A stretch of 62,138 bases of DNA, filler included. It is 4 parts of 4 records of this genome, joined end to end, with 100 filler letters (N's around TTAATTAATTAA, not from the genome) between each part and the next. Parts side by side here need not be neighbours in the genome. Positions count along the whole stretch, not along the records: positions 44,858 to 62,138 come from SRR31156797_12944; 3 more parts are not named here. One strand, 5' to 3'. Shown here piece after piece: positions 58,601 through 62,138 of this stretch. Each line of letters opens with the position of its first letter. The first letter of the stretch is position 1. Under the pieces are notes generated by a model, which was given only the letters and a program-made list of their open reading frames with translations, searched no databases and was not told the origin of the DNA. The position numbers were made by a program, and so were the translations under genes.

Positions 58601-61516
58601 TTAAAAAATATCATATCCAAAACGCACTGTTATTTTGGTTCCGGGATTAAATTTGGTGAAATACTGATCTCCGGCTTCATAAGATTTGAAGACAGTCTCC
58701 TTATCATCACCAAGGATATTCTCAACTTTTAACCCTAAATGTATTTTGTCATCTTTACCAAAAGCTTTGTTGGCATTGAAGTTCAGGCTGTGGAAAGGCT
58801 TTGTGAAGATATCCGGGCGGTCGACAATACCTACAATAAAGAGTGTTTCGCCCTGAACATTGTAGTAAAGACCAGCCTCAAGTCCTTCCCAGAACCCATC
58901 AACACCGCCGTTGTATGCAATACCGGCATTAATCAGGTATGGTGCCTGTCCGGCCATATCGCGGTATTCATCCACATCCTGGCCTGTGCGGGCATTATCA
59001 ATTCGCGACTGATATTCGGTGTTACTCAGCTTAATGCGTGAATTTGTCCAGGTGAAGTTACCGTTAAAGGAAAAGTTTTGGAGCAGAATGCTCAGGAATT
59101 CCAGGTTTTTTCGAGCCTCAATTTCAGCGCCAAACACCTCACCATCACCCACATTACGTGGTTGGAATGCACCAACAAGCGTGGTGTACTGTACCAATTC
59201 GATGGGGCTTTTGAATTTTTTGTAGAATGCACTCACAGAAATGGTTTGACCACCAGGCTGGAACATCTCCCACCTCAGGTCGAAGTTATCGATATTGGTA
59301 CTGATGAGGTTTCCATCCCAATAAACCTCGCCGGCAACATCATCCCGGTCTTCGTACAATCCACCAACAAATGTGCGACCTGTGATCGGGTCAAAAATTT
59401 CGGCATAAGAAAGCTCTTTGAACGAAGGCCTTGCAATTGTCCGGGTATAAGATAAACGTAGGTTTTGGTTATCATTCAAACTATAAATAAAATTAACCGA
59501 TGGGAAGAAATCCACATCATCCATCACTTTTTCATTGTCAAGAACACGTGTGCCTAACTGGTTTTGACCGGTATAATACTGTGCATTTCGTTCCAATCTC
59601 ACACCAAGAATGGTTTTTAACCCATTGACAGGTGTAAATTCGGTTGAAACATAACCCGACATCAAATTGGAACTTGCATTGTATGTATTGGCATTTTCCT
59701 CTTCGCCATCATCATTAATAAACGGGGCATCGTATGTAGTTCCTTCACTGGGGTTGCCTTCACGGGGCCACAGGTTTTCGTCTGAAAATATTTCGTTTGG
59801 ATCTCCGGTTAAATCCCATGGATTTCGAATATTAATCATATAGCTGCGAATCAGAAAATCACGTTCTTTATAAGTGTAAGCACCACCAAAGTGTAGTTTT
59901 GCCTTTTCACCCATGAACTCAAATCCTTTTGTAATATGTGCAACTCCTGAATAGTTAACCTCTTCCAGTTCTCGCCATATCCGCTGGGGAAATCCGGATT
60001 CTGTTCCGATGACAAGATTTCCTTCTTCCGTAACAACATAGCGGGTAAACCGCACATCCGGGTCTTCGAGCTTTGATAAAGTTGGTGACAGTTTCCATTC
60101 TACCTCCCAGTTATTTCCCAATACATGCTTTCCTCCCAACAAAAGGTTAGTAAGTGAACGCTGACTGTATTCCAGGTTATGCTGGTACCCTGAAAATTCG
60201 GTACCCTGGTTTGATTTGGCATAATCAAAAATACCGGCAGTGGATTCGCCATTTTGGAGGTGAAGCACATTAATCCTGTATTTTGATTTTTCAGTTTTAA
60301 GCGCAAGGCCTGCCATACCGCTAAGCAACACTGAATGTACACCATAATTACCAATCTGGAATTCGCGCCGCTCCATTTCATAAACATCCGGATCACTTGA
60401 TAATCCATAACGTCCAAATTCAGCATCTTCAAAATAATCAGTTTCATTCTTATAGGAGATTGCGGCATTATAACCCCAGGTAACTTTTTCTCGGTTGATC
60501 TGATTCCCGATTGATCCGCCAATGCTGTAATCCATGAAACTTTGTTCTTTCATGGCAGCGAGTGTAGGATTGAAACCTGATAATATTTCCCGGTATCTTT
60601 TTGCATCCGGGCCATTGGGATGATCACTGATTGCGTCGGTATAAAATGGAATATTTTCCGTAGCCGGAATTTCGCGGGTTCCGTCATCAATACCCAGCCA
60701 ATCTGTTTTACCCCCCTCGTAAGTCAAATAGTCGCTGTTGAAGTGCATACCCGGAATATATCCCAGGCTTGCTGAAATTTTTGCTTTTTTTTGTTCCGGA
60801 AAATCCTTGGTCATGATATCCACTATACCACCGGTAAAATCTGCAGGAAGCTCAGGTGTAAATGATTTGTTCACAACAATATTGTCGATGATATTCGTAG
60901 GAAAAATATCCATCTGCAGTGAGTTCCTGTCCGGATCCAGGCCCGGAATATCCATGCCATTCAAAAGGGTTTTTGTGTAGCGGTCGCCCAATCCACGAAC
61001 AAACACATATTTACCACCCTGTATTGAAACTCCGGGAACGCGTTTCATGGATTCAGCCGCATCAGAATCTCCAATCTTGCGTAGGTTTACTGCAGAAATA
61101 CCATCCATCATGTTTGCAGATTTCTTCTTCATGGTAAGCATGGCAGTTTCTGTATTCCTGATCACCTCAGCGGAAACGACCACACCTTCAATTTCAATGT
61201 TGGCTTCTTTGAGCCGCAGGTTATCCAATATTTCCGCTTCGCCTTCTTGAACAACCACACCCTCAATATTTAAGGTTTCGTAGGAAATAAAAGAAATGCG
61301 TAGGGTATAGGTTCCCGGTGGAACCGTAACACTAAATTTCCCATCAAAGTCGGTAATAGAACCTAAAGTGGTGCCCTCAACAAAAACTGTAACACCAGGC
61401 AGGCTTTCTGCCGTTTGATCATCATATACGGTTCCCCGGATAAACCCATTCTGAGCAAATGCTGATGAAACGGCTACTGCAAATAGTGCTACAAGTAAAA
61501 ACTTCAAATATCTCAT
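58601..61516 (-). CDS. TonB-dependent receptor with N-terminal carboxypeptidase-regulatory-like domain (not SusC type)
   Basis: Signal peptide; plug motif KRVPGVS...VFVRGLGDRY..TLLNG; barrel ARPSFKEL; C-terminal Phe. Confidence 0.94.
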   Translation of the reverse strand: MRYLKFLLVALFAVAVSSAFAQNGFIRGTVYDDQTAESLPGVTVFVEGTTLGSITDFDGKFSVTVPPGTYTLRISFISYETLNIEGVVVQEGEAEILDNLRLKEANIEIEGVVVSAEVIRNTETAMLTMKKKSANMMDGISAVNLRKIGDSDAAESMKRVPGVSIQGGKYVFVRGLGDRYTKTLLNGMDIPGLDPDRNSLQMDIFPTNIIDNIVVNKSFTPELPADFTGGIVDIMTKDFPEQKKAKISASLGYIPGMHFNSDYLTYEGGKTDWLGIDDGTREIPATENIPFYTDAISDHPNGPDAKRYREILSGFNPTLAAMKEQSFMDYSIGGSIGNQINREKVTWGYNAAISYKNETDYFEDAEFGRYGLSSDPDVYEMERREFQIGNYGVHSVLLSGMAGLALKTEKSKYRINVLHLQNGESTAGIFDYAKSNQGTEFSGYQHNLEYSQRSLTNLLLGGKHVLGNNWEVEWKLSPTLSKLEDPDVRFTRYVVTEEGNLVIGTESGFPQRIWRELEEVNYSGVAHITKGFEFMGEKAKLHFGGAYTYKERDFLIRSYMINIRNPWDLTGDPNEIFSDENLWPREGNPSEGTTYDAPFINDDGEEENANTYNASSNLMSGYVSTEFTPVNGLKTILGVRLERNAQYYTGQNQLGTRVLDNEKVMDDVDFFPSVNFIYSLNDNQNLRLSYTRTIARPSFKELSYAEIFDPITGRTFVGGLYEDRDDVAGEVYWDGNLISTNIDNFDLRWEMFQPGGQTISVSAFYKKFKSPIELVQYTTLVGAFQPRNVGDGEVFGAEIEARKNLEFLSILLQNFSFNGNFTWTNSRIKLSNTEYQSRIDNARTGQDVDEYRDMAGQAPYLINAGIAYNGGVDGFWEGLEAGLYYNVQGETLFIVGIVDRPDIFTKPFHSLNFNANKAFGKDDKIHLGLKVENILGDDKETVFKSYEAGDQYFTKFNPGTKITVRFGYDIF

Positions 61517-61546
61517 GCGTTTGAATATTAAAAACCCTTATTAACT

Positions 61547-61582
61547 AAAAAAACTCGCAGGCTGATTTTATGCCTGCGAGTT
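61547..61582 (-). terminator. Terminator-like hairpin between the upstream surface-protein gene and the receptor
   Basis: Minus strand AACTCGCAGGC-loop-GCCTGCGAGTTTTTTT. Confidence 0.75.
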
Positions 61583-61605
61583 CCAAATCCATATATTACA
61601 TCAAA

Positions 61606-62138
61606 TTAAAATCCGTCAACACCACCTGAAACAGCAGACCAGGCCCAGCCACTGAATACTGAAGCATCAGCTCCAACAGCATTGGCACCCTCTTCAACTT
61701 CGGTAACAACAGCGTCAACACCTTCCAAAAAGAAATCAGCTTTTGCAAAGCCTTCAGGAATTGTGGCTTCAAGGCTTGATACAGTTAAACCGGCAGGATT
61801 TGAATCAAAGTCCTGTCCTTCGCTTAAACCGAAGAAATAAATATTTGACATGATTACGAGTGAGTTATCATCGAGGTCAACGAGGCCCTGTGCGGCTCTG
61901 TCAACTTCACCGTCACCGTCAAAAATAGTTGCCAAAACAGTTCCGTTTTTAATGGTATGTGTAGCCTCCATTGTACCTTCAGGTCCATCAAGCTCAAAGC
62001 ATTCATCACCAGGAGTGACAACGATAAAATTATCAAGCGTTCCGGCCCACGACTGGTCTGTATCAATGGCGTCGTCACCTGTATTCCAAACAACAGCATT
62101 CTTTACACTTACAGTTCCACCAAACCATTCGATACCAT
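61606..62138 (-). CDS. C-terminal part of an acidic, probably beta-helical surface (lipo)protein; 5' end truncated by the window edge
   Basis: The frame is open to the window end: GIEWFGGTVSVKNAVVWNTGDDAIDTDQSWAGTLDN...FELDG...FSGWAW. Confidence 0.8.
   Translation of the reverse strand, partial: GIEWFGGTVSVKNAVVWNTGDDAIDTDQSWAGTLDNFIVVTPGDECFELDGPEGTMEATHTIKNGTVLATIFDGDGEVDRAAQGLVDLDDNSLVIMSNIYFFGLSEGQDFDSNPAGLTVSSLEATIPEGFAKADFFLEGVDAVVTEVEEGANAVGADASVFSGWAWSAVSGGVDGF

Overview
The window is not one genome. It is four unrelated contigs joined by artificial 100-bp spacers (N44-TTAATTAATTAA-N44 at 19061-19160, 30457-30556 and 44758-44857); all taxon calls below are inferred from composition and gene content. 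Contig A (1-19060, mid-GC, Desulfobacterota-like) carries a divergent EF-G, murJ, an Lrp-lsyA-type block (Lrp/AsnC, lysA, rsmE) and a decayed integron that the ORF track does not show as a gene: an intI pseudogene, a candidate attI, one recognisable but mutated attC and seven co-oriented cassette-type genes or pseudogenes. It also has a repeat-containing NlpC/P60-like protein behind sigma28-like promoters, a lipoprotein/lipase pair, yceH, yaiI and a partial MscS. Contig B (19161-30456, low GC, Fusobacteriota- or Clostridia-like) carries an AfuABC-like ABC transporter, mgtC and an HptA/S/R-like three-component sensor. Contig C (30557-44757, Campylobacterota, Arcobacteraceae-like) carries an LPS core locus with two ELM1/GtrOC1 genes in Acinetobacter-OC-like order, ppx, a ferredoxin, an apparently catalytically dead serine recombinase, and ubiX-coaD-tmk. 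Contig D (44858-62138, Bacteroidota) carries exonuclease-fused dnaE, yebC, a two-component system/porin/amtB module lacking glnK, housekeeping genes, and a TonB-receptor neighbourhood with two promoters bearing 11-bp-phased TTAAC-like arrays. No rRNA, tRNA or CRISPR array was recognised. All family assignments are by-eye motif recognition; no database search was run.
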